NCBI GenBank assembly: GCA_046754465.1
Contig: JBHHVU010000027.1
Coordinates: 1-39,359 of the forward strand
Origin: Nitrospinaceae bacterium
GTDB lineage: Bacteria; Nitrospinota; Nitrospinia; Nitrospinales; VA-1
DNA length: 39,359 nt
Direction of reading: 5' to 3'
In this document: piece after piece, positions 19,016 through 28,233 of the stretch
How positions within the stretch are numbered: position 1 is the stretch's first letter
How the letters are laid out: each line of letters starts with the position of its first letter
The notes under the pieces: generated by a model
Told to the model about the DNA's origin: nothing
The model's input: only the letters and a program-made list of their open reading frames with translations
The model's database searches: none
Position numbers and translations under genes: made by a program

Positions 19016-19777
19016 CTAGGGTGTCTCCCTGGGTTCGGGAAGGGCATGGGAAAGTTTTTTGAGAACCTCCCTGGAGAGGGAAACCTCATTCCTCCTCGCC
19101 CTAGCCACCACTTGCCAGGCTTTTTGGTAATTTTTTGAATCGTAAAGCGTTTGGATCAATACCTCATAAGCTGCGGGGTTGATCTTATTGATTTCCAAAC
19201 CCTTTTCCAGTTTTTGGACGGCTTCCCCATAGCGCCTTAATTGATCCAGGGATTCTCCCCAATAGGTATAGGCATTGGCGTTTTCCGGTTCCAAATCAAT
19301 CACCATCTCATATTTCTTGATGGCATCTTCAAACCGGCCCTCCATGGCAAGGGTCAGTCCCCAGTACAAAAACGCCTTTGTGTTTGTCGGATCCAATTGG
19401 GCCGCCCTTACAAATTTTTCAATAGCGGCACTTTTCAGCCCGGATTTTACGAGTGAAATTCCCCACCAGGTAAATACCCCGGAATGGTTGGGATTCAATT
19501 CGGCAAGTTGCCTCGCCATGTCCGCCGCCTCTTTATGCTTCCCGAGGGCAATGGCTTCCTTTATGGCATTCAGGGGCAGGATTTCCTCATTTTCAGGTTT
19601 CTTTTTCTTGAGTTTCTCCAAAACCGCTTTTTCCTGCTCCCGTTTCAATGCCGCTTTCTGCCGGACATCGGATTCAATACGCGCCTGGTCCATACGCGTG
19701 ATATAGGCTAAAACAATGAATCCAATAAATATAATGGTGTTACAAATGACCCACAATATTTTTATTTTGGTGGGCAT
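19016..19777 (-). CDS. Membrane-anchored tetratricopeptide repeat protein
   Basis: N-terminal TM helix and several TPRs (AFLYWGLTLAMEGRFEDAIKKYEMVIDLEP). Confidence 0.85.
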   Translation of the reverse strand: MPTKIKILWVICNTIIFIGFIVLAYITRMDQARIESDVRQKAALKREQEKAVLEKLKKKKPENEEILPLNAIKEAIALGKHKEAADMARQLAELNPNHSGVFTWWGISLVKSGLKSAAIEKFVRAAQLDPTNTKAFLYWGLTLAMEGRFEDAIKKYEMVIDLEPENANAYTYWGESLDQLRRYGEAVQKLEKGLEINKINPAAYEVLIQTLYDSKNYQKAWQVVARARRNEVSLSREVLKKLSHALPEPRETP

Positions 19778-20007
19778 GAGTCACCTCGATCTAAACTCCA
19801 TGTCCGGTAACTGGACTGGGGATGAGCCCATCCGGATGCCGCGGGACTTAAAAAGCGCCCTGAAAATTCAAGGCTCCCCGCGGGACGATTGGAAAAATCC
19901 GTGGACATTTTATCCATCATAATGCGCCGCAGCGGATGTGAAATTTGCATCCATGTCAACACCGCTCCTCTAAAGGTTGAAAAGTATACCCCTGTAACTT
20001 TACCGGT

Positions 20008-23000
20008 TCAAAATTTCTTTAACAAATTCTTTGCCGAGGCGATCATTTTTTGATTTCCGCCATCCAACGGGGCCAGTTCAAGGAAGGTCCTTAGATGCCG
20101 CTTGGCTTTTCGGGCATCCCTGTTCCGGTACTGAAGGCCGAGATAATAATGCGCCGGAGCGTATTTGGGGTCGATTTTCACAGCTTGTTCCATTTCCCTT
20201 AGAGCCCCGCCCGGGTCATCCTGGAAAGCATAAGCCAGTCCCAGGTACAGCATCACCTCTCCATCGCCTTTATACCATTTCAGAACATCCTCCAGGACCC
20301 GCGCAGCTTTACCGTATTTTTTCGTGTTCAAATAAAGTTTGCTCAAGGCCACGGCGCCGAAAATGTAATAAGGGTTAATGGCGAGGGTTTTTTTGTAGGC
20401 TTTCTCCGCTTCCTCATATTGATGGGTGGCCATATAGACGTTCCCCGTATTCAGATAAGTCATTACATGGTCCTCATCCAGGTTCAGGATTTCCTTGTAG
20501 AAGGTCAACGCCTGGGAATACCCGCCGGAATTGAATGCGTCCCGGCCCTGGTCCAGCAACCGGTCGATGCGGGCCTTGCGTTTGATTTCGGCGACCTGGC
20601 TTTCGGATCGTTCTGCTTGGGCCATCTGGTCCAATATGCGTTTGCGGGTTTCCGGGCCGGTGGCGTTGAACCGAATGAGGGAAAGGTCGACGCCGGCGAA
20701 GGGGGTCAACTGCCGGACCAGCACATTTCTTTCATCCTTGTAAATATATTTGGGGGTATTGAACTCCAGAAGCGAATTGTCGTCGGTGTGGAGAGGGGCC
20801 TGGCCACTGAAACGGATCAGCCCATCGCGATTCAGGATCATCAGGCTGATGAGGTCCCGAAAGTTGTGAACGCCGATTTTCCCGAGGTCTCTCCCCTTTG
20901 TTTCGTCCGCGAGAAAACCCTGGATCGTCTCATATGGAAGGGAAAAAGGTTCCGCAGAGCCAATCAGCAGGTAGTCATCGCCCACGATGGATTCCCACAT
21001 GGTCACATGCGGGAAAACCGTAATGAAGGAACGTGTGATGGATTTAAAGTTATCGGGCGACATATTGGTGTGAACCCAAATGCACGCCACGCCTCCCGGA
21101 TTCAGCCTTTTTTTAAGCAATTCAAAGAAATCCAGGGTGAACAGGGCTCCGATTCCCGAAATCCAGGGGTTGGAGGGTTCGGAGACGATGACATCATATT
21201 TCTTATCGCTGAGGGCTACATGGTTGCGTCCATCCTCCAGGATGACATGTAGCCGGGGGTCGGACAGAGCGTGGTGGTTGAATGGGGCGAAATAACGCGA
21301 TCCCTCGATCACGGTGGGGGAGATTTCCACGAGATCGATATTTTTCACGGGAAACTGCTCGACCGACCCCAAGGTGATGCCGCTTCCTTGCCCAATGACC
21401 AGCGCGGTTCGGGGATGCGGGCTTATGAACATGGGAAGGTATCCGGATAATAGTTGAGTCCGCATGTCCAGAGCCAGGGAGGCGTCGGTTTTTCCGTTCA
21501 CGCGAAGGAAGATATTGCCCGAAACGGAGAGTTCGGTGGTCACGGTGGTGTGAGTTCCTTCCCGGTAAAAGAGTATTTTGTTTTTTCGCCGTTCCGCATT
21601 GCTCAAATCCTCTATCCGGTAGGGAATGTAGGATCCACTGGAGATGATCGCCTTGTCCCAGGCCTCCACGTTACGGCCCCCCCAAAATAAAGCCAGCACC
21701 ACCAGAGGAAGGGCATACATTTTCATATTGGCTCCCATCCCGTGAGAAAAGGACAATAACCCTACCCCTAAAAGAACGTTCAGGAATACTGCGAACAGAA
21801 CCGTGTTCTGGATTCCGATCAACGGGATGAGAACAAATCCCCCCAGGAAGGAACCCAAAATGGTTCCCACCGTATTCGAGGAATACACCCGGCCCACATT
21901 GTGTCCCAGGGACGCCAGGCCATGGGTGGCCAGTTTAACGACGACGGGAAACTGGGCGCCCATGAAAAAAGTCGGGAAAAATAACAAGGAAAAAATGATC
22001 AGGAAATTGGAAAATTGAACGGATGAAAACTGGATCTCCCAGTTCTGATAGACCCAGCGGTTGACGAAGGGGATTTCTCCAAACAGGGGTAGGCCGGCCA
22101 ACGCGGAAAACCCGATCCCCAATTGCAGGATACCGAACCAGGTAAGCGGATCCCGCAACCGGTGGATCCATCGGGAAAAACAAATAGTACCCAGCGCCAA
22201 CCCAAGAATGAAGGTGGTCAGGATCAGGCTGAAGGCGTAAACCGACGACCCCAAAAGCAGTGAGAGGATCCGGTTCCAGGCGATTTGATAAATCAAGGCA
22301 CAGAGCCCGGAAAGGCCAAAGCATAAAAGGACGCACCCCGCCCTCCAGGACAGCAGCGGAGCGGGCAAGGCTTTTCCGTCCCGGGAACTTTGCCGGGACC
22401 CGCCGAATCCGGGCCGGAACAGCGCCAACACGATGACCGCGATGAATAGATTGAAACCCGCCGCGAGGTAGATGGTGCCGTGCACTCCCAACAGACGCAT
22501 GAAAAAGAAGGCGCTCGTTACCGCACCCAATACCGCGCCAAAGGTGTTGATGGAGTAAAGAGTCCCCACATCCCGCCCGATCCACCCGGACTCCCTGGAT
22601 ACGAATTTACTCAGGATGGGCAAGGTCGCTCCCATGAACGAAGTCGGAATGAACAGGATTGCGCCGCATATCAGAAAGCGGAAAAAACTTTTTCCGGTAT
22701 AGGAAAAATCGGGGTTCAGGTAAATGGCCTGAAACAGGGGAAAAGCCCCGTCGATCAGGGCCGGGATAAAAAGACAATAGACGCCAATGGCCCCTTCCAG
22801 CAAGGCGTAAACGGCGAGGGGGTTGAAGTGGCGGTCAATCAGCCGGCCGCCGGCATAACTGCCCAGGGCCAGCCCGCCCATGAAGGCGGTCAGGACGGTC
22901 GTGATGGAATAATTGGTATTCCCCATGACCAGGGTGAGCAGACGGGTCCAAACCACTTCGTAGATAAGACCGGTCGCGCCAGAAATGAAAAAAAAGAGGA

Positions 23001-23037
23001 AGACCCAGATTCTGGAATGAGGATTCAAGAGGGCCAA
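20008..23037 (-). CDS. Fused membrane (MFS-like) / spermidine synthase-like methyltransferase-fold protein with C-terminal TPRs
   Basis: Duplicated SG..GLIYEVVWTR membrane module, LVIGQGSGIT, VEIS, EDGRN, YDVIVSEPSNPW, HTDDN, then TPRs. Confidence 0.88.
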   Translation of the reverse strand: MALLNPHSRIWVFLFFFISGATGLIYEVVWTRLLTLVMGNTNYSITTVLTAFMGGLALGSYAGGRLIDRHFNPLAVYALLEGAIGVYCLFIPALIDGAFPLFQAIYLNPDFSYTGKSFFRFLICGAILFIPTSFMGATLPILSKFVSRESGWIGRDVGTLYSINTFGAVLGAVTSAFFFMRLLGVHGTIYLAAGFNLFIAVIVLALFRPGFGGSRQSSRDGKALPAPLLSWRAGCVLLCFGLSGLCALIYQIAWNRILSLLLGSSVYAFSLILTTFILGLALGTICFSRWIHRLRDPLTWFGILQLGIGFSALAGLPLFGEIPFVNRWVYQNWEIQFSSVQFSNFLIIFSLLFFPTFFMGAQFPVVVKLATHGLASLGHNVGRVYSSNTVGTILGSFLGGFVLIPLIGIQNTVLFAVFLNVLLGVGLLSFSHGMGANMKMYALPLVVLALFWGGRNVEAWDKAIISSGSYIPYRIEDLSNAERRKNKILFYREGTHTTVTTELSVSGNIFLRVNGKTDASLALDMRTQLLSGYLPMFISPHPRTALVIGQGSGITLGSVEQFPVKNIDLVEISPTVIEGSRYFAPFNHHALSDPRLHVILEDGRNHVALSDKKYDVIVSEPSNPWISGIGALFTLDFFELLKKRLNPGGVACIWVHTNMSPDNFKSITRSFITVFPHVTMWESIVGDDYLLIGSAEPFSLPYETIQGFLADETKGRDLGKIGVHNFRDLISLMILNRDGLIRFSGQAPLHTDDNSLLEFNTPKYIYKDERNVLVRQLTPFAGVDLSLIRFNATGPETRKRILDQMAQAERSESQVAEIKRKARIDRLLDQGRDAFNSGGYSQALTFYKEILNLDEDHVMTYLNTGNVYMATHQYEEAEKAYKKTLAINPYYIFGAVALSKLYLNTKKYGKAARVLEDVLKWYKGDGEVMLYLGLAYAFQDDPGGALREMEQAVKIDPKYAPAHYYLGLQYRNRDARKAKRHLRTFLELAPLDGGNQKMIASAKNLLKKF

Positions 23038-23073
23038 TGCAATATCACGATTCGGACGAATGAGGGGTTTTTG

Positions 23074-23970
23074 TTATTCCGGCGCCTTTTGGGATCGGCC
23101 GCATCGAAATCCGACAATACTGTCCCTGCGGCCGGGGGTGGCGGCAAACCGCTTGGAAGTACGGACATCCACGGCCCGCGCGTCCCAGGAACCCCCGCGA
23201 AACACACGGTTTTTGGTTTTTTCCGTACCGGTGGGGTTCATGAGGGGAGCCCTCTGGTAATAAAACTGATCGTACCAGTCCTCCACCCATTCCGAAACGT
23301 TTCCGGCCATGTCATAAACCCCGTAAACGCTCCGGCCCATGGGAAAACTTCCAACGGGAGCCATGTATTGGAAACCATCGGCCTTTCCGGCGATATTCGC
23401 TCTTTTGGGCAACATTTTATTGCCCCAGGGATAGATCAGTCCGTGGGTTCCACGGGCGGCCTTTTCCCATTCAGCCTCGGTCAACAATCGTTTACCAGCC
23501 CACTTGCAATAATTGACCGCATCTAACCACGAAACCCCCACCACCGGGAAATCCGGGGTCTCTAGAATCGAAGGGGCCCCTTGAAAAAAGGGAACCGAAG
23601 GTTTGATATAATTGGCCGCCCTGCGAAATTTGTTGTAGGCTTTAACCGTCACCTCATATTTATCCACATAAAAGGCATCGAGGTAAATTTCCTGTTCCGG
23701 TTTTTCATCGTACCCCCCTTGGCTGGAGCCCCGGGTAAACACCCCTTCCGGGACCAGAATCATCTCCCGTCCATCGTCCCCGACAATTGTCTCGAATATG
23801 CTGAAATCACGGTTGTCCTGGACTTCCACTTCCTTGACCTTGACCGCCAGTTTCTGCATTTTTTTGTCGTAATCAATGGATTTTTTGATTTCCCAAATTA
23901 TGATGAGCAGAAATAAAACGGCTATGGCAAAACAGCCGATAATCCCTATCATCAGGTTTCTATCTTTCAT
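23074..23970 (-). CDS. SUMF1/FGE-sulfatase fold protein with N-terminal membrane anchor
   Basis: DKYEVT, PVVGVSW.DA..YC.WAGKRL.TEAEWEKAARG, DMAGNVSEW, RGGSW, GFRC. Confidence 0.9.
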   Translation of the reverse strand: MKDRNLMIGIIGCFAIAVLFLLIIIWEIKKSIDYDKKMQKLAVKVKEVEVQDNRDFSIFETIVGDDGREMILVPEGVFTRGSSQGGYDEKPEQEIYLDAFYVDKYEVTVKAYNKFRRAANYIKPSVPFFQGAPSILETPDFPVVGVSWLDAVNYCKWAGKRLLTEAEWEKAARGTHGLIYPWGNKMLPKRANIAGKADGFQYMAPVGSFPMGRSVYGVYDMAGNVSEWVEDWYDQFYYQRAPLMNPTGTEKTKNRVFRGGSWDARAVDVRTSKRFAATPGRRDSIVGFRCGRSQKAPE

Positions 23971-24130
23971 TTTTTATGGAGGGGGAAAAAGTCTGTTTGA
24001 AAAAAACGAGAAGTTGATTATAGTTTAAAAGATTATTAAAGCAATGAAAAATCGGCTCCATATTGCCCGTCCCCCTTGTGGAAACAGGCCTTTTGCCCGA
24101 TGATCGGGTTCCGTCTTCCCGGAGAAATTC

Positions 24131-24931
24131 ATGGACCTCACAGCGATCAAAGATGCCGCCTTATCCTATCTGGAACCGGCGAAAGCGGAGATATTAAAAT
24201 GGTACCGGCGCGATTTTTCCGTGGAGAAAAAACCCGATCAAAGTCCCGTAACCATCGCTGACCGAAAAGCGGAGGAAATTCTGCGCAAAAAAATTTCACG
24301 GGATTTCCCTGATCACGGAATTATCGGAGAAGAGTTCGGGGAAGAAAACAGCCATGCCGAATGGGTCTGGACGATCGACCCCATCGACGGAACCAGGTCT
24401 TTCGTGCAAGGGCTTCCCCTGTTTGCCTCCCTGATCGCCCTTTTGCACCATCGGGAACCCGTCATGGGCATCATCACCCTTCCCGCCCTGGGGGAAACCG
24501 CCTGGGCCGTGAAAGGCAAGGGTTCTTTTTGTGGAAATACGCGGTTGAAAGTCTCCCCGCAGACCCGCCTGGACAAGGCCGTGGTGGCCACGGGCGACCT
24601 GTATTGTTTCCGGGAAAAAAACTGCGCTTCTCTTTTCCACCGCCTGGGCAGGGAGGCGGCCCTGCTTCGGACCTATCCCGACGCCTTCGGACATCTCATG
24701 GCCATCCGGGGCGCGGTGGACGTCATGGTGGACCCTTGGGCCTACATCTGGGATTACGCTCCCTGCAAAATCCTCGTGGAGGAAGCCGCGGGCCGGTTCG
24801 CCAATTTTTCCGGTAACCGGGCGGCCATCGACGGGGAGACGGCGATCGTGGGGAATCCCGCCCTCGTCCAAAAAATCAGGAAAATTTACCTGGAAGGCAA
24901 AAAAACACGCCTCCCGAAGGGGCGGACCTAG
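24131..24931 (+). CDS. hisN: Inositol monophosphatase family protein, probable histidinol-phosphate phosphatase
   Basis: KPDQSPVTIADR, GEEFG, WTIDPIDGTRSF, WDYAP..ILVEEAAG. Confidence 0.7.
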   Translation: MDLTAIKDAALSYLEPAKAEILKWYRRDFSVEKKPDQSPVTIADRKAEEILRKKISRDFPDHGIIGEEFGEENSHAEWVWTIDPIDGTRSFVQGLPLFASLIALLHHREPVMGIITLPALGETAWAVKGKGSFCGNTRLKVSPQTRLDKAVVATGDLYCFREKNCASLFHRLGREAALLRTYPDAFGHLMAIRGAVDVMVDPWAYIWDYAPCKILVEEAAGRFANFSGNRAAIDGETAIVGNPALVQKIRKIYLEGKKTRLPKGRT

Positions 24932-25308
24932 ATGCGTTGCCGCCCGGCATACCCGGAATCCATATCGTGCCAGTACTGAATTTTTGTTTCAGGCACCTTC
25001 CAGCAAAGATAGACTTCCCTGCCATCGCGTAGCGAGGGAAAATCCACCAACCCTTCGTTGATTCCCTTTAGAACACAACCCGTTGCTTCCAAATCATTGA
25101 CTATTTTGTTTACCTTGAGGGCCACCCGCAAATAAGGGATCCCCTGAAAACTGCCACCGTTATATTTGTGTTTTTCCCAGGCCTTTTTGACATCGGGATA
25201 ATTTTTTACCATATCGGCCGCCAGACTCTGAATGCGGGGAACATCCCGCATCAACCTGGGAATAAAAGAATTAGCCTCCTCAAGAGTGAAATATTTTTTG
25301 GACGGCAT
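24928..25308 (-). CDS. DUF2203 family protein
   Basis: KYFTLEEAN, GLVDFPS.RDGREVYLCWK..E..I.YWH..DSGYAGRQ. Start taken at MPSKK. Confidence 0.88.
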   Translation of the reverse strand: MPSKKYFTLEEANSFIPRLMRDVPRIQSLAADMVKNYPDVKKAWEKHKYNGGSFQGIPYLRVALKVNKIVNDLEATGCVLKGINEGLVDFPSLRDGREVYLCWKVPETKIQYWHDMDSGYAGRQRI

Positions 25309-25610
25309 GAATACAAGGCCTCTTGTTAAATGGGGTGAAGGATTAACAATAAAACTTGACCTCCAGCCATTATATGGAAAAATCCGGGATGCGGACAATG
25401 ACAATTTTCATTCCCGTCAACCTCATGAGGAAAAGTTGCGCCAACTTAATTTTTTTCAATCTGTTATCGTAATTTGGTTCCCGGATTTCCAATGGGTCAA
25501 TGACCGGGGGCCAAAGAAAGGAAATTGGGTTTCCGGATAATCATTGACCGAATTCGGGATCAAAAGGGATCGATTTCCCCCCCCTCTTGCCCATAAAGGT
25601 TCATTTTTTA

Positions 25611-25639
25611 TTGACAAATGCCATATAAGATTATACATT
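25611..25639 (+). promoter_or_regulatory. Putative sigma-70 promoter of the 150-aa exported protein
   Basis: TTGACA-N17-TACATT preceded by an AT-rich tract. Confidence 0.55.
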
Positions 25640-25827
25640 TTGGCAACGTGGATAAATTAAATTAAAATTCCATGTACTTTTTCATAGCTCACATGATTCG
25701 CAAACAACCAGATGCACGAGGGGAGGTGGGTGGCAAATACTCGGCAACTGAAATGATGTCTTGATGCTTTCGAGGTTTAATTTTTTTATGGGATGATCAT
25801 TCCTAACTTTTTTGGGGAGGCCAAGTA

Positions 25828-26280
25828 ATGAAAAAGTCAGTTGTTTTAGCAGTTGTATTTGCGTTTGCGGTTTTCGTTGCCATGGGGACCACCGCGTCGG
25901 CGGATGACCTGATTCCGGGCGCCTATGCGCAACAGGACCAGAGCGTGATGGGCGTGGGCCAGACCATGGTTCAAATGGGCGCCAACCAGCGTGCCTTGAC
26001 CGATGCCGTCAACCGGGCTTCGCGCGCGGACCGATCCAGAAACAGTTCCTCTGGAGTCAATGTGGATTATCAGTTCGGTTCCTCACAGTCCGACAATTCC
26101 TGGAAAGCCGCCAAAACGGTTGAAGAAGCCCAGGTTCCGGGTCTGGTTCCAGGTGACTGCAGTGGCGACAATACCACCGACGCTTATCGGAAACAAATGG
26201 GACAGAGCCGGGACGGCTATATGAAAGAAGCTTTGGTTCCCAATAATGTTTGTGGTGATTACCACCCGACCTTGAAATAA
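25828..26280 (+). CDS. Hypothetical exported protein (Sec signal peptide, two Cys)
   Basis: GGAGG RBS, MKK-hydrophobic-ASA signal peptide, own promoter and terminator. Confidence 0.85.
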   Translation: MKKSVVLAVVFAFAVFVAMGTTASADDLIPGAYAQQDQSVMGVGQTMVQMGANQRALTDAVNRASRADRSRNSSSGVNVDYQFGSSQSDNSWKAAKTVEEAQVPGLVPGDCSGDNTTDAYRKQMGQSRDGYMKEALVPNNVCGDYHPTLK

Positions 26281-26332
26281 GGCGACGTTCTATATCGATT
26301 AACGGCGGGTCCCTATCCGCCCTGATTTTTGG

Positions 26333-26370
26333 AAAACCGGTAGAATTTTAATTCTACCGGTTTTTTTTTT
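26333..26370 (+). terminator. Strong rho-independent terminator
   Basis: aaaaccggtagaat / attctaccggtttt stem with a 4-nt loop and a T10 run. Confidence 0.9.
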
Positions 26371-26470
26371 AAAATTATTCTTGCCAAATCCTTTCCCCAT
26401 TTTTATCATCCGGTCTGCTGCTTTCCTTTATTCAAGGTTGAATGAATCCAGCCGGGAGTTATGATTCATT

Positions 26471-26911
26471 GTGAACAATTTTTGCTTGGGTAAAATCTGC
26501 CTTCACGCATTTTGTACCCTTTTAATTCTCTTCCTGCTCATAACCCCCTCTTCCGGAGTGGAAAAAATTTCCTTGAATTCCTATCCGATATTAAGCTTGC
26601 CTGTGCCCAACCCCATGGATTTAACCGTTCTTCCATCCAAAAAGACCTTTCAGGTCACCAATTCCCATTTCATTCTGCAATTTTTTTTCGCCGGCGGTGA
26701 AATATACGGAATCATTTTCAAACGGGATAAGGACTATTCCATCCATATGCGGTGGTGTTTTTTTCGGTCCTGCGAAGAAAGTTCCTACGATTACACCTCC
26801 GTGATCGCCCCGGCACACAAACCTCCTTTCGATCAAGGATTTTTCTCGGCCAAACTCCCGCCCCAAATTAAATACCGGTTTCAAGGATTGGAGTTTAGGG
26901 CCGTCAAATAA
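26471..26911 (+). CDS. Hypothetical protein with signal-peptide-like N-terminus
   Basis: 146-aa ORF filling the gap, hydrophobic N-terminus, aromatic-rich body with WCFFRSC; a small hairpin follows the stop. Confidence 0.65.
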   Translation: MNNFCLGKICLHAFCTLLILFLLITPSSGVEKISLNSYPILSLPVPNPMDLTVLPSKKTFQVTNSHFILQFFFAGGEIYGIIFKRDKDYSIHMRWCFFRSCEESSYDYTSVIAPAHKPPFDQGFFSAKLPPQIKYRFQGLEFRAVK

Positions 26912-27120
26912 ATCCGGGGGTTTCCCCCGGCATTCAATTCTTATATTTTTCAACCAGTTAATTTAGAGAAAACGGAGTGCCAATGAGGGCGCGGTCGCGG
27001 TGAATCCGCTTTGCGGAGGAACATCCAGAAACGGAAATCAGGACTCAAGAAAGGAGCAAAAAGGGGATCCCTTCATTAACTTTTTTTAACGAAACTTCTG
27101 TGGAAAACCTGTTATCTTAT

Positions 27121-27244
27121 ATGTGGGACTGTAATCAAAACCTTCACATTAAGCATGAAACATTAAGGCGGACTCCACCCACCAGATTGAGGTTGTCTCC
27201 TCCTCCGGTACCCGCTGGGGGGTGGTTTCCGCCATTTTATTTTC
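27121..27244 (+). ncRNA. Candidate small RNA with a long stem, an anti-Shine-Dalgarno loop and a U-rich tail
   Basis: Extended -10 TGtTATCTT at 27110-27118. Stem 27167-27185/27215-27233 pairs 16 of 19. Loop contains CTCCTCCTCC; followed by attttatttt. Confidence 0.4.
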
Positions 27245-27357
27245 GCTTGACAATTGCCCCCGACAAACCCTATTTTTCATTACCCGGAAAAATAATTTTT
27301 AGGGGGACGCATTGCGGTCTTATAATATTCTTTATCTTCAATCACCTCATAAAAATC

Positions 27358-27783
27358 ATGTCCAGATTCATGGATCACGAAAATGACACCGTCACTGATA
27401 CGGAAACCGGGCTCACCTGGTTTAAAAAAGATTCCCGGCAGATAACCGGGAAATGGATGCACCTGGAAAAGGCAAAAAAGTTTGCCGAAGAAAAGAATGC
27501 CGAGAAGTTTGGAGGCTTCGAGGATTGGCGGGTTCCCAAACTGGAGGACATCAAAACTATTTTCGACAAAAACTTCAGCTCCAAGGATTTTGGGAACAAT
27601 GAAATTTATATTCCCCCGATTTTTGAATCGGGCGGCGCCGACAACACCTGGACGGATACGGTCAACGGCGACCGGGCCATGATGTTCAGTTTGGTAAAGG
27701 GCCGGTCGAGTTGGATCAACAAATTTGGGGAAGGTCCGTTCGCGGTTCGTCTGGTCCGTGGAACACGAACAGAAAAATCCTGA
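27358..27783 (+). CDS. DUF1566 (Lcl C-terminal) domain protein
   Basis: RF.D..NDTVTDTETGLTW, FGGFEDWRVP.LE, AVRLVRG. True start likely ATG 27358 rather than 27100. Confidence 0.85.
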   Translation: MSRFMDHENDTVTDTETGLTWFKKDSRQITGKWMHLEKAKKFAEEKNAEKFGGFEDWRVPKLEDIKTIFDKNFSSKDFGNNEIYIPPIFESGGADNTWTDTVNGDRAMMFSLVKGRSSWINKFGEGPFAVRLVRGTRTEKS

Positions 27784-27876
27784 TAGCTCCCCCCCGGCGG
27801 ATGGGATGGATATTTTATAACCGGTTTAACATGCCGCCGTTAGTCTATACCGGCCGCGGGAGCAACCTTGCCGTCC

Positions 27877-28233
27877 CTACCCCGTCCTTGAGTTGACAAA
27901 CAGCCAAATTCCGGTAACTACCAGGAGGACGGAAAATCCTCTCCTGAAATTTTGTCCGGAAATATTTTCCAGGATGAGGGGGCCGATTTGTGCTCCCACG
28001 ATACCTCCCACCGCAAGTAATAATCCGGTCCGGAAATCCAGATTCCCCAGCCGGAAGTGCGCAATCATCGAGGAAACGGCAACCAGCCCCACAAAAAGAA
28101 AGGAAGTTCCGACGGCCATATTCGTTTCTTTTCCCAGGTAAATCAAGTAAGGAACCACGAGGAATCCCCCTCCCAACCCGGAACCGGACGACAAAATTCC
28201 AACCCCCAACCCAATCAAAATTTGCAGAATCAA
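27877..28233 (-). CDS. Half-size sulfite exporter TauE/SafE family protein
   Basis: G..SSGSGLGGGFLVVP.L, AVGTS, GGIVGAQIG. Only 118 aa; overlaps the upstream stop by 4 nt. Confidence 0.78.
   Translation of the reverse strand: MILQILIGLGVGILSSGSGLGGGFLVVPYLIYLGKETNMAVGTSFLFVGLVAVSSMIAHFRLGNLDFRTGLLLAVGGIVGAQIGPLILENISGQNFRRGFSVLLVVTGIWLFVNSRTG

Noticed and set aside
19778..20007. Minus-strand agaggagcgg followed by a short ORF MDANFTSAAAHYDG; possible riboswitch or leader peptide
   Set aside because: Only a partial motif resemblance with no supporting pairings; a 14-aa ORF cannot be supported without conservation data.
24928..24931. Overlapping convergent stop codons (CTAG) of hisN-like and DUF2203 genes
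   Set aside because: Ordinary genome compaction.
25640..25827. c-di-GMP-I riboswitch in the leader (contains ggcaaa)
   Set aside because: Lacks the GNRA-capped P2 stem, the GACGCAAA junction and the P3 receptor.
27100..27357. N-terminal extension of the DUF1566 ORF
   Set aside because: It runs through the structured hairpin and a downstream TTGACA; the domain begins at Met 27358.
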